Of a stretch of 27,131 nt of DNA, positions 9,953 through 18,548 are shown one piece after another. Origin of the DNA: Pseudomonadota bacterium (GTDB taxonomy: Bacteria; Bdellovibrionota; FAC87; UBA2466); assembly GCA_043718025.1 (NCBI GenBank), contig JAYSWN010000124.1, positions 1-27,131 on the forward strand. Reading direction: 5' to 3'. Position 1 is the first letter of the stretch; each line of letters begins with the position of its first letter. Position numbers and translations under genes: made by a program. The notes under the pieces are model-generated. The model did not search any database. It was not told the origin of the DNA and saw only the letters and a list, made by a program, of their open reading frames with translations.

Positions 9953-10411
9953 ATGAAGTTTCTGGTTGGGGCAGTCGCATGGTTGGTTGTTTCGATGAAT
10001 GGATTTGCCGCCGAATTTGGCGCCAATCTAAAAATCACCGCTGAAAATTTAAAATTCAACCTTCAGCCGGTGCAAGGGGCCGTCGAATTAAAATGCGAAC
10101 ACCGCTTGGTGAATGAGGCCGCCCAAGATTGGGAAGTTCTTTGTAAAGATAGCGGCGGCAAGGTGAAGAATAAATACTCGGCCCATCTTTGGGTTTCTCG
10201 CTATAGCCACAACGCTGGGCCTAAAGTGAGCTTCGAAGTGCTGTATTGGATCGATGATCGCAGCGCGCCTAAAGACCCCAAGTCGGTGGGTTCTACCACC
10301 TGGTTTCATATGAATGAAGACACGTCGTTGCATTCTCTGCAAATCAATCAGTTCGTCGACAATGGCCAGGCCAGTTTAGAAATGGAAGTTAAAGCTAAAC
10401 ACGCCGACTGA
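9953..10411 (+). CDS. Hypothetical secreted beta-rich protein
   Basis: ATG at 9953 after a GGGAGG RBS, signal peptide MKFLVGAVAWLVVSMNGFA, and one Cys pair (KCEH...EVLC). Confidence 0.7.
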   Translation: MKFLVGAVAWLVVSMNGFAAEFGANLKITAENLKFNLQPVQGAVELKCEHRLVNEAAQDWEVLCKDSGGKVKNKYSAHLWVSRYSHNAGPKVSFEVLYWIDDRSAPKDPKSVGSTTWFHMNEDTSLHSLQINQFVDNGQASLEMEVKAKHAD

Positions 10412-10427
10412 CAGTGTTACGAATGCC

Positions 10428-10916
10428 TTAGAACAGTTTTCTACTCTTCCCAATTTTTTCCCACTCTTCGCAACTGCGCGCCCCGTCTTCACGTGACGTG
10501 ATGTGACCATCGCCGCCCACAAACAACGTGTGGGGGGTTGAACTAATGCCATCCACCATCGTAAGAAATTTAGGCGTCGCTTCTACCGAAACAAAGTTTA
10601 GGGCCAAGGGGCGTACCTCTTTTACGAGTGCCGCTTGATCGCCCACTCCGGCGGCAAGCACTTCCAGCGAAGCGTGCCGTTCTTTAAGGCACTTAAGCGC
10701 TTTCATTTGTTCCCGGCATGGCGAGCAGTCGGGTTGGAAGAAGACCAGAATAAACTTTTTTCCTTTAAACGACTCGAGATCAAAACGCTGAAATCGGGTG
10801 AGTTGATAGAGTTTTGCTTCGTGCAGGGAAACCGTATGGCCCCAAGCCGTAACCGCCAAAAAAAGGAGGCCAAAAATTAATTTAATTCGTAGCGAATCGG
10901 CACGGTAAGTTTCCAC
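10428..10916 (-). CDS. TlpA/ResA-like exported thioredoxin-fold protein
   Basis: N-terminal hydrophobic segment, FFQPDCSPCRE (CxxC) and a cis-Pro-like STP loop. Overlaps the 3' end of tonB; exact start uncertain. Confidence 0.75.
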   Translation of the reverse strand: METYRADSLRIKLIFGLLFLAVTAWGHTVSLHEAKLYQLTRFQRFDLESFKGKKFILVFFQPDCSPCREQMKALKCLKERHASLEVLAAGVGDQAALVKEVRPLALNFVSVEATPKFLTMVDGISSTPHTLFVGGDGHITSREDGARSCEEWEKIGKSRKLF

Positions 10917-11557
10917 GTTTCAACTCCTAACTCAGAGGGAAGGGGCTTAAAGGTCTTGGCATTCTGAACCAGCGCCAACGCCGCTTGGTTAAGTCGCTCG
11001 TAGGTAGAAGGGGTGACAATGACCACTTTGCCGATACTTCCGTCTTTCTCTATCTCAAAAGCAATTTCCACTTGGCCGGTCTGCCCCAGCGTGCGCGCCG
11101 AAGTGGGATAAGTTTTGCGCTGATCAAAAAACGTTTTTAGCTCGTAAAGGTAGCGATCACGGGTTGAAACTTGAATTCCGTTTGGATCCCCCATCAGCCC
11201 CGAGTCGGCGCCGTGCAAAGCGTTGCCCAAGCGACCGCCACTCTCATTGGCGCGGGTTTCCTCGGTGGCTTCAAGGACAGGTTTTATCTTTCTGTTTTTC
11301 TTTCTCGGCGCCAACGCCACGTCCGAGGGCAGGGCATAATCCACTTCAAATTCCGAAATCACGGCAATCGGCTTCCCCCCTCCGGGAATGCCTACACGCT
11401 CAACTAAGACTCCGTAAGGCTGGGGGCTAGATCTCCACAATCCGCCCAAACTCAAAAATAGTAATGAGCCATGAAGCAAAACGCTGATCGCAAAGGGGCC
11501 CGAAAGTCCCATTTTGCCCCAACTCACGAAGAAGCGCTGCTTTGGCATTTCTGCCAT
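10877..11557 (-). CDS. tonB: Energy transducer TonB
   Basis: TM anchor with SxxxH (ISVLLHG) and TonB C-terminal domain YPTSARTLGQTGQVEIAFEIEKDG...LNQAAL...FKPLP...VPIRYEL. Start placed at ATG 11557, just after the receptor stop. Confidence 0.88.
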   Translation of the reverse strand: MAEMPKQRFFVSWGKMGLSGPFAISVLLHGSLLFLSLGGLWRSSPQPYGVLVERVGIPGGGKPIAVISEFEVDYALPSDVALAPRKKNRKIKPVLEATEETRANESGGRLGNALHGADSGLMGDPNGIQVSTRDRYLYELKTFFDQRKTYPTSARTLGQTGQVEIAFEIEKDGSIGKVVIVTPSTYERLNQAALALVQNAKTFKPLPSELGVETWKLTVPIRYELN

Positions 11558-11567
11558 CAGCGAGCTT

Positions 11568-13637
11568 TTAAAATTTAGCCTGAAGTCCTGCATAGATTTG
11601 TCGACCGCGTAAAGGTCCCCAGATGTGTAGCACGTCGAATCCGCCGGCTGAATCAAAGAATAAAGGCGACTCAGTTTTTGTCTGCGTGTAGTCGAATAAA
11701 TTCTTTACCCCGAAATTAAGGCTAACCTCATCGCCAATTTTTTTTGCCACCCTAATATCGACCGTGGCCCAGACCGGAGCGGTGGTTCCCTTGGGGGCGG
11801 AGGCCGTAGTGCCATCCCAAATATTGAAGCGATTGCCGTAGTTGTAGGGTGCCAAGTCTCGCGCCCCAATTACGTTAACGGTTAGATTGCCTTCCCAGCC
11901 ATCGTGCGAAAAATCGGCCAAAAAGCGTGCCCGGTCTTCAATGGCGGCGGTGGGAAGCAATGACTTATAACGTTGGCTATAAAAAAAGTGTTCGTACCCC
12001 GCGCCCACCTGAAGTGAGGTGAAAAGTTGGTAGCTGGCCAACGCATCCACCGAACCTACGGTGACGTAACCAAAATCGTTTTTGAGTGAAGACCGCCCCG
12101 GGGAGGGAAGGTTTTCGATGTAAGCCAGGTTTTTAATGCCGGTCCACGAGCCCGATACCGTCGCCGCGGCAACTTTGTTGTCGTACGAGAGCGAGTACAC
12201 ACCCGAATGTGAGCTTTCGATATCCGAAATCAAAACGTCAAACCCGTTGTCGAGAATGCCGTGCTCCGACTCAAAAAAAGTGAGCGGTGCGCGGTAACCT
12301 TGTCCGTAAGAAAGGCGTGAGATCAGTTCCGGGCTATGCAAAAATTTAACGTGGACGCGGGGGACCACCACGCTCTTATCAATTTCTTTTGCTTTGGCAT
12401 TTTGCCCTTTCCAATCCACCTGAATCAGGTTGAAGCGAAGGGCCGCGGCCAGTTCCAGTTTGTCCCAAGGCGTCCAGGTGTCTTGGAGATAAAACCCTGG
12501 ACTAAAAAAATCGAAATCGTCTTTAGCGATAGACTTGGGCGGGTTAAAAAACTTTTCGGAGCGAGATCGCAATTGCTCTAGCTTAACGTCACCGCCAATG
12601 GTGATGAGGTGGCTAGCAAAAAGCTGATGGTTATATCGCAAATCGGCGAAGTAGGTGTCGTTAGTGTGGGCGTAATCGTTGCCTTCGTAAAATGAATCTT
12701 GCTTGCCTTGGGCGGCGCTCAGAGTGGCGCTGAAATTTGAATTATCGTTGATAATTTGGGTGAGCTTGGTGGCGCCTTCCATGCGCTCGAGCTCTACCGT
12801 TTCGTTTACCGCGTTGGATCCGCCGGTGTAGGGGCGGCGCACGTCGTTGCCTTCAAACGCCAGAGGAGCGGTTTGCACGGCGCTAGAAAAAATCCCCGCG
12901 TGCAGGGGGCCGCCGAAGGTGCTCGATTTCAGACCCGAAACGCGAACATCTAGATTGGTGTTTACTCCCAAATCAGAAGAGACGCGCGCCAACACCGAGT
13001 AATTACTTCGGCGGGGCGATTCATTCACGCCATTGTTATCGCTATCCCATTGGCCCTGATGATTGTGCTGAGCTGAAACCGTTGTCCGTTTTTTACCATC
13101 CTTGCTGACGGCCGTTCCCACTAGCGACAGCACACGGTATTCGGCATTGCCGCCGGCCAGATCTACGAGCAGTCCATTTTCGGTGGCCTTCTTGGTAATG
13201 ATGTTGATCACGCCGCCGATGGCTTCGGGGGCTAGCAACGCCGCGCCGGAACCGCGGGCCACTTCAATGCGTGCGACGCCGGCGGTAACCATGGCGTCGA
13301 AGCCGTAATAGCTCGACACGGTGGAGTGCAGCGGCACGTCGTCCATTAATACCGTGGTGTACTCGCCCTTAAGGCCGTTAATTTGCACTCGTTTGATGCC
13401 GCAAATGGAGCATCCGTTCTGGGTGTCGATGCCGGGCTCGTTTTCAATGGCGTCGGCGATGGTTTTGGCGGCCTTGCGCTCAATGTTTTTGGCGGTAATG
13501 ACTTCGGTTTTAATGATGGTGTCTTTAACCGTTCCGGTACGTTGAGCGCGTTCTTGAACGTCTTGAACCACTACGGTGTCCATGGTGTCGCCGAGGGCGG
13601 TGAGACTAAGAATAAGGGCGAAAACGTAGCGGAGCAT
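11568..13637 (-). CDS. TonB-dependent outer-membrane receptor with a CxxC in the plug domain
   Basis: ATG 13637 after AAGGA, signal peptide, TonB box (DTVVV), plug motifs (RIEVARGSGAAL..EAIGGVINIITK), barrel end GVKNLFD...GRQIYAGLQAKF with terminal Phe. Confidence 0.93.
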   Translation of the reverse strand: MLRYVFALILSLTALGDTMDTVVVQDVQERAQRTGTVKDTIIKTEVITAKNIERKAAKTIADAIENEPGIDTQNGCSICGIKRVQINGLKGEYTTVLMDDVPLHSTVSSYYGFDAMVTAGVARIEVARGSGAALLAPEAIGGVINIITKKATENGLLVDLAGGNAEYRVLSLVGTAVSKDGKKRTTVSAQHNHQGQWDSDNNGVNESPRRSNYSVLARVSSDLGVNTNLDVRVSGLKSSTFGGPLHAGIFSSAVQTAPLAFEGNDVRRPYTGGSNAVNETVELERMEGATKLTQIINDNSNFSATLSAAQGKQDSFYEGNDYAHTNDTYFADLRYNHQLFASHLITIGGDVKLEQLRSRSEKFFNPPKSIAKDDFDFFSPGFYLQDTWTPWDKLELAAALRFNLIQVDWKGQNAKAKEIDKSVVVPRVHVKFLHSPELISRLSYGQGYRAPLTFFESEHGILDNGFDVLISDIESSHSGVYSLSYDNKVAAATVSGSWTGIKNLAYIENLPSPGRSSLKNDFGYVTVGSVDALASYQLFTSLQVGAGYEHFFYSQRYKSLLPTAAIEDRARFLADFSHDGWEGNLTVNVIGARDLAPYNYGNRFNIWDGTTASAPKGTTAPVWATVDIRVAKKIGDEVSLNFGVKNLFDYTQTKTESPLFFDSAGGFDVLHIWGPLRGRQIYAGLQAKF

Positions 13638-13661
13638 CAGATTTTCCTTAAACGGTTTTTT

Positions 13662-13680
13662 GAAATTGAGAATCGTTATC
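13662..13680 (-). promoter_or_regulatory. Putative Fur box
   Basis: Minus strand GATAACGATTCTCAATTTC matches 14/19 of the consensus GATAATGATAATCATTATC, about 25 nt upstream of the receptor start. Confidence 0.7.
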
Positions 13681-13694
13681 AATATTAAGGGATG

Positions 13695-13723
13695 TGAATA
13701 CGTTCCCCAAGAATACTTTGCAA
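13695..13723 (-). promoter_or_regulatory. Putative sigma70 promoter of the TonB-dependent receptor operon
   Basis: Minus strand TTGCAA-17 nt-TATTCA immediately upstream of the Fur box. Confidence 0.45.
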
Positions 13724-13795
13724 GCGGAAAGAAACACCGCCCCATTGCCAGTCGAAAGATTACTGTGATACAGCTTTGGGTCCTTAGATGTGTGT

Positions 13796-13871
13796 GGGCT
13801 GGTAGCTCAGCTGGGAGAGCGCTAGGATGGCATTCTAGAGGTCGTGGGTTCGATCCCCATCCGGTCCACCA
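13796..13871 (+). tRNA. tRNA-Ala(GGC)
   Basis: Acceptor stem GGGCTGG/CCGGTCC with G3:U70, anticodon arm CTAGG-AT GGC AT-TCTAG, GTTCGAT T-loop, encoded CCA. Confidence 0.97.
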
Positions 13872-14084
13872 TTTTTTTCCTCAACTGTCAGTAGCCCAGT
13901 GGGGCTGTAAAAAACATCACCATGTGTTCCCTTCCGGTCTACGACGACCCTTCGTCAATTCAACCGACAAGAGCCTTAACGTCTCTGCTAAAGCAGCTCT
14001 GGCCAATTCTTTGCACTTCACGGCTCAGTTAAGTGTGGGGGCATGCTTTAGCCCCGAAATTTCAGACCCGCTTAGGAGAGAACT

Positions 14085-14738
14085 ATGATGCCGAAAAGAG
14101 TTGTTTTTTTAATGACCCTATTTCTGTCGGTTTACGCCTTTGCAGAAACTGCGCCGGATCACCTTGCTTCGAATCAACGGAAAGTGGAAGAGCAAGATGG
14201 CGTCGCTATAAGTGACGGGATTTTTTCTGTGACTCGCCTTGAGGTCGCAAGTTTGTTCAGTGCCACGAATCCCGATTGGAAAGAGCAGGCCTTCATACCG
14301 AAAATCTGCAACGAGCTCGGACGCTATGAAAAGAAGGTAGCGGGGATTATCGCGGAGATTTGGCGGGCAGCCGGAAAGCACCGTATGACTTGGGTTGCCA
14401 ATGACGAGGAGAGAAAAAAAATCGTAATCGAAGCAAACCACGTTGAGAACCAACTGTTCGAATTGCGCAATTTCTGTGACGACCCAAAGGGTTTTAAAGA
14501 AACTAAAACCTTAACCGGGATTACCGCGGTTAAACCTGGTGACATGGCCAGTCTACGTACGGCACTTTTAGACATCACTAGATCGCAGTTGCTAATCTAC
14601 CGAACCTTCGGCCCAGTCTACGCTGGTGGCGCCGAGGATACCGTCATCTATTTGGGCGAGGGTAAGGTGATTTCGGAGAGCGAAGGCAGGCTACTTAGAA
14701 GTACCAAATGGCGCGAAAAAGCCAATTTTAGGCAGTAG
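14085..14738 (+). CDS. Hypothetical secreted protein
   Basis: AGGAGAG RBS, signal peptide (MPKRVVFLMTLFLSVYAFA), helical-looking body with two Cys; no family recognised. Confidence 0.65.
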   Translation: MMPKRVVFLMTLFLSVYAFAETAPDHLASNQRKVEEQDGVAISDGIFSVTRLEVASLFSATNPDWKEQAFIPKICNELGRYEKKVAGIIAEIWRAAGKHRMTWVANDEERKKIVIEANHVENQLFELRNFCDDPKGFKETKTLTGITAVKPGDMASLRTALLDITRSQLLIYRTFGPVYAGGAEDTVIYLGEGKVISESEGRLLRSTKWREKANFRQ

Positions 14739-14755
14739 TTTTCTTTTCTTCACCG

Positions 14756-15616
14756 TTAAAATTTAGGAACTTTGGGTCCGTCCTTAGACTCGAGGTAGAT
14801 CACGTACTGGGCGGCGAATAGAAAGCTGTAGACCAGGAAATGGATCCAGGCCAGGAAGAGCAGTGGTTTAAAAAAACGGCCGTAGGTGCTGGCATTCATG
14901 TAGTGAAAATAAACAATATAAAATTGATACATCGCTTTGCAGATGACAAACGAACCCAAAAACAACGAACCGCCGCGTAAAGCATTGCGTACGCCAATCT
15001 TTTGCGTGGGTAACATCTTATAAAGAAAAGTTAGGCTCCCCAACAAAAATAGGGCCGACGTGAGCGAAGCAATAGAATTGATGTACCACAGGCTGTAGAT
15101 CGCAAAATTTGGTCCCACCATCGTCTTCAGTACGGCACTCTTAGTACTGAACAGAAAAATCGCCGCCGTGCTTCCGCTCGAAACCACCAAAAAGCAAAAA
15201 GAAGAGATCAGCTGCTCAAGAAAGGGGTGGCGTACCCTCTGGTTGATTGAAATTTTTTTGAAGATGGAGTGAAGGCAGGCGAATAACTTGTAGGTGGAGT
15301 AGATCAAAAGGCCAAAGCCCAAGAAGCCATCAACGGCGTTGGAGCGCAGTACTGAGATCAAACTCTGCGTAAACCATTCGCCCGAGTACGGAAACATCGA
15401 CTGCAGCACCGTTTGCATCTCGAGTGCCGAGTGATCGGTGTGGGCAAAACGTTCTAGCAAAAAGCGGGCGCCCATAAAACAGAGAATCAGAAACGGCAGA
15501 ACTGAGAACAGACAGTAAAATGAGAGGCTGCCGGCCAGCAGCCCTAGATCATTGCTGACCGCCAGCTTTCTGGTGCCACGCAGATCCGCAAAAAGGTGTT
15601 TTACCCCACGCATCAT
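14756..15616 (-). CDS. YihY/virulence factor BrkB family membrane protein
   Basis: AGSLSFYCLFSVLPFL, about six TM segments, FLYKMLP, TYG...LFLAWI pattern. Confidence 0.85.
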   Translation of the reverse strand: MMRGVKHLFADLRGTRKLAVSNDLGLLAGSLSFYCLFSVLPFLILCFMGARFLLERFAHTDHSALEMQTVLQSMFPYSGEWFTQSLISVLRSNAVDGFLGFGLLIYSTYKLFACLHSIFKKISINQRVRHPFLEQLISSFCFLVVSSGSTAAIFLFSTKSAVLKTMVGPNFAIYSLWYINSIASLTSALFLLGSLTFLYKMLPTQKIGVRNALRGGSLFLGSFVICKAMYQFYIVYFHYMNASTYGRFFKPLLFLAWIHFLVYSFLFAAQYVIYLESKDGPKVPKF

Positions 15617-15835
15617 ATGTTGAATTTATCGGTCTAATTCCCTGAAAAGATTAGTGGTCTGCCGAGGCCCCCTACTGGTCTGGCCTCTCTCTGAACACGG
15701 CGATTCCTTAGGCACTTCGAGCGTTTTTAACGCTCCTCACAATCGCCGCCCTGGTTCAGCCTGGCGGCACCCATTGAATACGAGTTTTGTTGGCGTTGTA
15801 AATGCATCTTAACGTGCTGCAGAGGGCTCCCGTTT

Positions 15836-17389
15836 ATGAGGTACGTTGGAAGTATAATTCTAGGTTTTTTGCTCTGCTTTGCGCTATTTGCCGCAGAGCC
15901 AAAGATCATCCCGCTTGGCAAAAAGATTTCTGCCACCGATGAACAGATTACCGGTCTGTTTCAAATCATCGAGCATAAGAACCCAACCCCGGTTCAGGTA
16001 GAAAAGACTAAAGAGTTTTTAGAAAACAATCCACTTCCGCCACGCCAATTGTTTTTCCAACGCCGCGAGGCCGTCGACAATTTTTTTGAGTCGGTCCTTC
16101 ATCGTGATCCCTCCAAGGCTGAAATGCGAAAAACGATGGAGTTTCTGGTTGAACAAGAGACTATCGCGAAGGTGAAAGCTGAAAACCCAGATTTAAATCC
16201 AAGCTCCGATGTAAAATTGGATTCAGCGAACTCCTTACCCCCTTCGGTGTTTGGCGATAGCAAACTCGACGCCTTTGATTTTGCGACCGCTGCGTCTGGT
16301 GCAGCCGCGGGCAATTCTTCAATTGGCGCTGCGGTAGTACCGGCTGCAGGCGTCGAAGGTGGCGGCGGTGAATCTGGTTCTAATCGAGGGGGAGCGCATT
16401 TCGCTCATTCCGCTGGTGGCGCTCCTGCCGCTGAGCCAGAAGTGGTGACTCCGGTGCTGTCTATTCCACTGGTGTTGCCGGCCTCCCCGGTCGCGACGCT
16501 TAGAAACTATCCCACTTTAAAAGAAGACCTAGAAAAAAATTTGGGAGATCGGGTGGAGAGTGGGCAACTAACGCGTGAAGAGGGCGCCCGCGTGGTGAAA
16601 GATATTTTGGCCGATTTTTCTGGACGCGAAGATCGTGGTCTATCCACGACTGACGAAAAAATTTCAAAGACCGCTTTGAGTGCGGTTAAGGGACCCGCCA
16701 TCCTACCCAATGTAATCGAGCAAGAAAAAATATCGTCAGGATCGGGGGGGGGCACAATCAAGTCCCCGCCGGTTGGCCAAGTGCCCGTTAATGGCACGGT
16801 GGCGAATGAAATGTCTAAACTTCTAACTGACTTTGGCAAACTAAGCCTGTCCGCTGACGAGGCGAACGGGGCTGCCTCGTCAGTGAAAGAAAAAGAGGAA
16901 ATCGAAAAAAGAAATTCAGAACGACTCCAGGCGGCCGGCGCGGTTCCCTCCTCCGGCGAACTTCCTGTTGCGCCCTCCGACAACACGGGTTTAACCCCGG
17001 CTATAGTGGCAAAGAGTGGAACTACCGTAAACTTAGCGATGGCCGCCGAATCGAAGGCCAAGGTAGCTGGCTGGCTCAATAAATTTGTTGATGAGTATTT
17101 AAAAAAGGGAAAAGGGGATATGCGGCTTGTGGCTTCGCCCCATCCGATTGGGTTACCTCGCGGCTCGTTATCGATTGCCGGCGAAAAACCGGTCAGCTTT
17201 AAACCGGAAGCCGCAGATTTTTTATCGTTGGGGCAAGCGGCTCCGGAGTTATCCGGCATGAAGTCGCCGTTACTACCCCTCCTGTTTTGGCTAGGTTTTG
17301 GCGCCGTACTCTTTCGCGTCGTCTATTTCCTCCGCCGTAAATCTGAAGAACGCAGTGAGGAAGACCGCATTGAGCCAAAGATAGGTTAA
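15836..17389 (+). CDS. Hypothetical exported low-complexity protein with a C-terminal membrane anchor
   Basis: Signal peptide MRYVGSIILGFLLCFALFA, Gly/Ala/Ser/Pro-rich middle, C-terminal TM (PLLPLLFWLGFGAVLFRVVYFL) followed by RRK. Confidence 0.7.
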   Translation: MRYVGSIILGFLLCFALFAAEPKIIPLGKKISATDEQITGLFQIIEHKNPTPVQVEKTKEFLENNPLPPRQLFFQRREAVDNFFESVLHRDPSKAEMRKTMEFLVEQETIAKVKAENPDLNPSSDVKLDSANSLPPSVFGDSKLDAFDFATAASGAAAGNSSIGAAVVPAAGVEGGGGESGSNRGGAHFAHSAGGAPAAEPEVVTPVLSIPLVLPASPVATLRNYPTLKEDLEKNLGDRVESGQLTREEGARVVKDILADFSGREDRGLSTTDEKISKTALSAVKGPAILPNVIEQEKISSGSGGGTIKSPPVGQVPVNGTVANEMSKLLTDFGKLSLSADEANGAASSVKEKEEIEKRNSERLQAAGAVPSSGELPVAPSDNTGLTPAIVAKSGTTVNLAMAAESKAKVAGWLNKFVDEYLKKGKGDMRLVASPHPIGLPRGSLSIAGEKPVSFKPEAADFLSLGQAAPELSGMKSPLLPLLFWLGFGAVLFRVVYFLRRKSEERSEEDRIEPKIG

Positions 17390-17393
17390 GGCA

Positions 17394-18188
17394 CTAGGCA
17401 GTTTTTTCGTCGCAATTGGTCAGGCGAAAAGCGGCCAGTTCAATGTGATAAACCTCGGTCTTATTTTTTGCTGATCCGTAACGTTGACCCAGTTCATCTA
17501 AAAAATTTGAAAGCTCTTTTTTCAGGATGGGAAGTAGAGATGGGTTCATGGCCAGTGTGACACCTTGAAATTCGCGTTCGGTCACCGTTTGAAATTCGAG
17601 AGCTTGTTCAGCCTTAGCCAAGATGTGCCGGTGGAAGTCGCGGATGGCTTCGGAGGGGTACTCCTCCTCAAAAACGATGGCCCGTTTGTCCAGCCGGTAG
17701 CCGTTTTCGGTTTCTGACAGAACTCCGACTCGTTTCAATTTTTCAAGCGCGATGCGTGTCTCCGGCTCACTAACCCCCAGCCGTTTTGAAATCTCCTTTT
17801 GATTCCAACGAAAGCCTTGGGTCTCGGTTAGGGCAAATAGCGCCCTGTAAAACCAGTCTCCGGCTAAAGCGAAGAGTTCGGAGTTCAATTTTTTTGCGGA
17901 TAGATCGCCAGCCGAATTTATTTGGGGTGAGCGTTCTTGTTCGGCGAGTTGAATTAAGAAATTGGTTTCAACTTCGGAAAAGCTCAGGGCGGTGGCGATG
18001 CGCGCGGCCGTTTTGGGGGTAACCGCCCGCTTACCCCGTAAAATTTCCGATAGCTCGCCCGGGCTCATCCTTAAATGGCGCGCCATGGCACGTTGTGAAT
18101 AGCCCGCATTATTGCGCTTTCGGCGCAGAAAGAGAGTTTCGAGGAACTCTCGGCAGCTGTTCGTCTGGATCATCATGGTCCACGTCAT
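17394..18188 (-). CDS. TIGR02147/DUF4423-type HTH protein
   Basis: N-terminal NAGYSQRAMARHLRMSPGELSEILRGKR HTH, W-FYRAL, SEAIRDFHRHILAKAEQAL...EREFQGVTLA, EVYHI. This family is expanded in Bdellovibrionota and Fibrobacter. Confidence 0.85.
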   Translation of the reverse strand: MTWTMMIQTNSCREFLETLFLRRKRNNAGYSQRAMARHLRMSPGELSEILRGKRAVTPKTAARIATALSFSEVETNFLIQLAEQERSPQINSAGDLSAKKLNSELFALAGDWFYRALFALTETQGFRWNQKEISKRLGVSEPETRIALEKLKRVGVLSETENGYRLDKRAIVFEEEYPSEAIRDFHRHILAKAEQALEFQTVTEREFQGVTLAMNPSLLPILKKELSNFLDELGQRYGSAKNKTEVYHIELAAFRLTNCDEKTA

Positions 18189-18323
18189 ACTCGAAATGGC
18201 AGAGGCGAATCCAGTGATTTTGGATCGTTCTGATCCTGGCTTAGGATCACTCTAAAGTAGGTAGACTTGGTGCACCGTTGCGTGTAACACAGGGTTTCTT
18301 TTGGACTTAAAGCTATCTTGAGG

Positions 18324-18400
18324 GCGCCAGTAGCTCAGTTGGATAGAGTATCAGACTACGAATCTGAGGGTCCCAGGTTCGAATCCTGGCTGGCGCGCCA
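18324..18400 (+). tRNA. tRNA-Arg(ACG)
   Basis: Acceptor GCGCCAG/CTGGCGC, anticodon arm TCAGA-CT ACG AA-TCTGA, GTTCGAA T-loop, encoded CCA. Confidence 0.97.
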
Positions 18401-18407
18401 TTTATTT

Positions 18408-18440
18408 AAAGGGAGCTGATTATCAGCTCTCTTTTTTTTT
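18408..18440 (+). terminator. Rho-independent terminator after tRNA-Arg
   Basis: Hairpin GGGAGCTGAT...ATCAGCTCTC followed by nine T residues. Confidence 0.85.
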
Positions 18441-18548
18441 GCATCGTTTGGTTGTCTGAAACGGTGTGTTAGTTGCCTTCCGCGCGAAACGTTTATTCGC
18501 CTGCTACACTATACGTACGCGACTCATTTCCTCCCATCCGAGACACCT

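Noticed and set aside
11558..11656. N-terminal extension of the TonB ORF, and likewise 13638-13745 of the receptor ORF
   Set aside because: The first overlaps the receptor 3' end and the second overlaps the promoter and Fur box. Downstream ATGs give normal architectures.
13660..14088. 142-aa plus-strand ORF
   Set aside because: It spans the Fur box and tRNA-Ala and has no protein-like features.
16507..17259. 250-aa minus-strand ORF and the many other short nested ORFs in the track
   Set aside because: These are antisense or alternate-frame shadows of well-supported genes.
13796..18400. Genomic island between tRNA-Ala and tRNA-Arg
   Set aside because: No duplicated tRNA ends, integrase or transposase were seen. 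The genes are orphan-like but there is no evidence of mobility.
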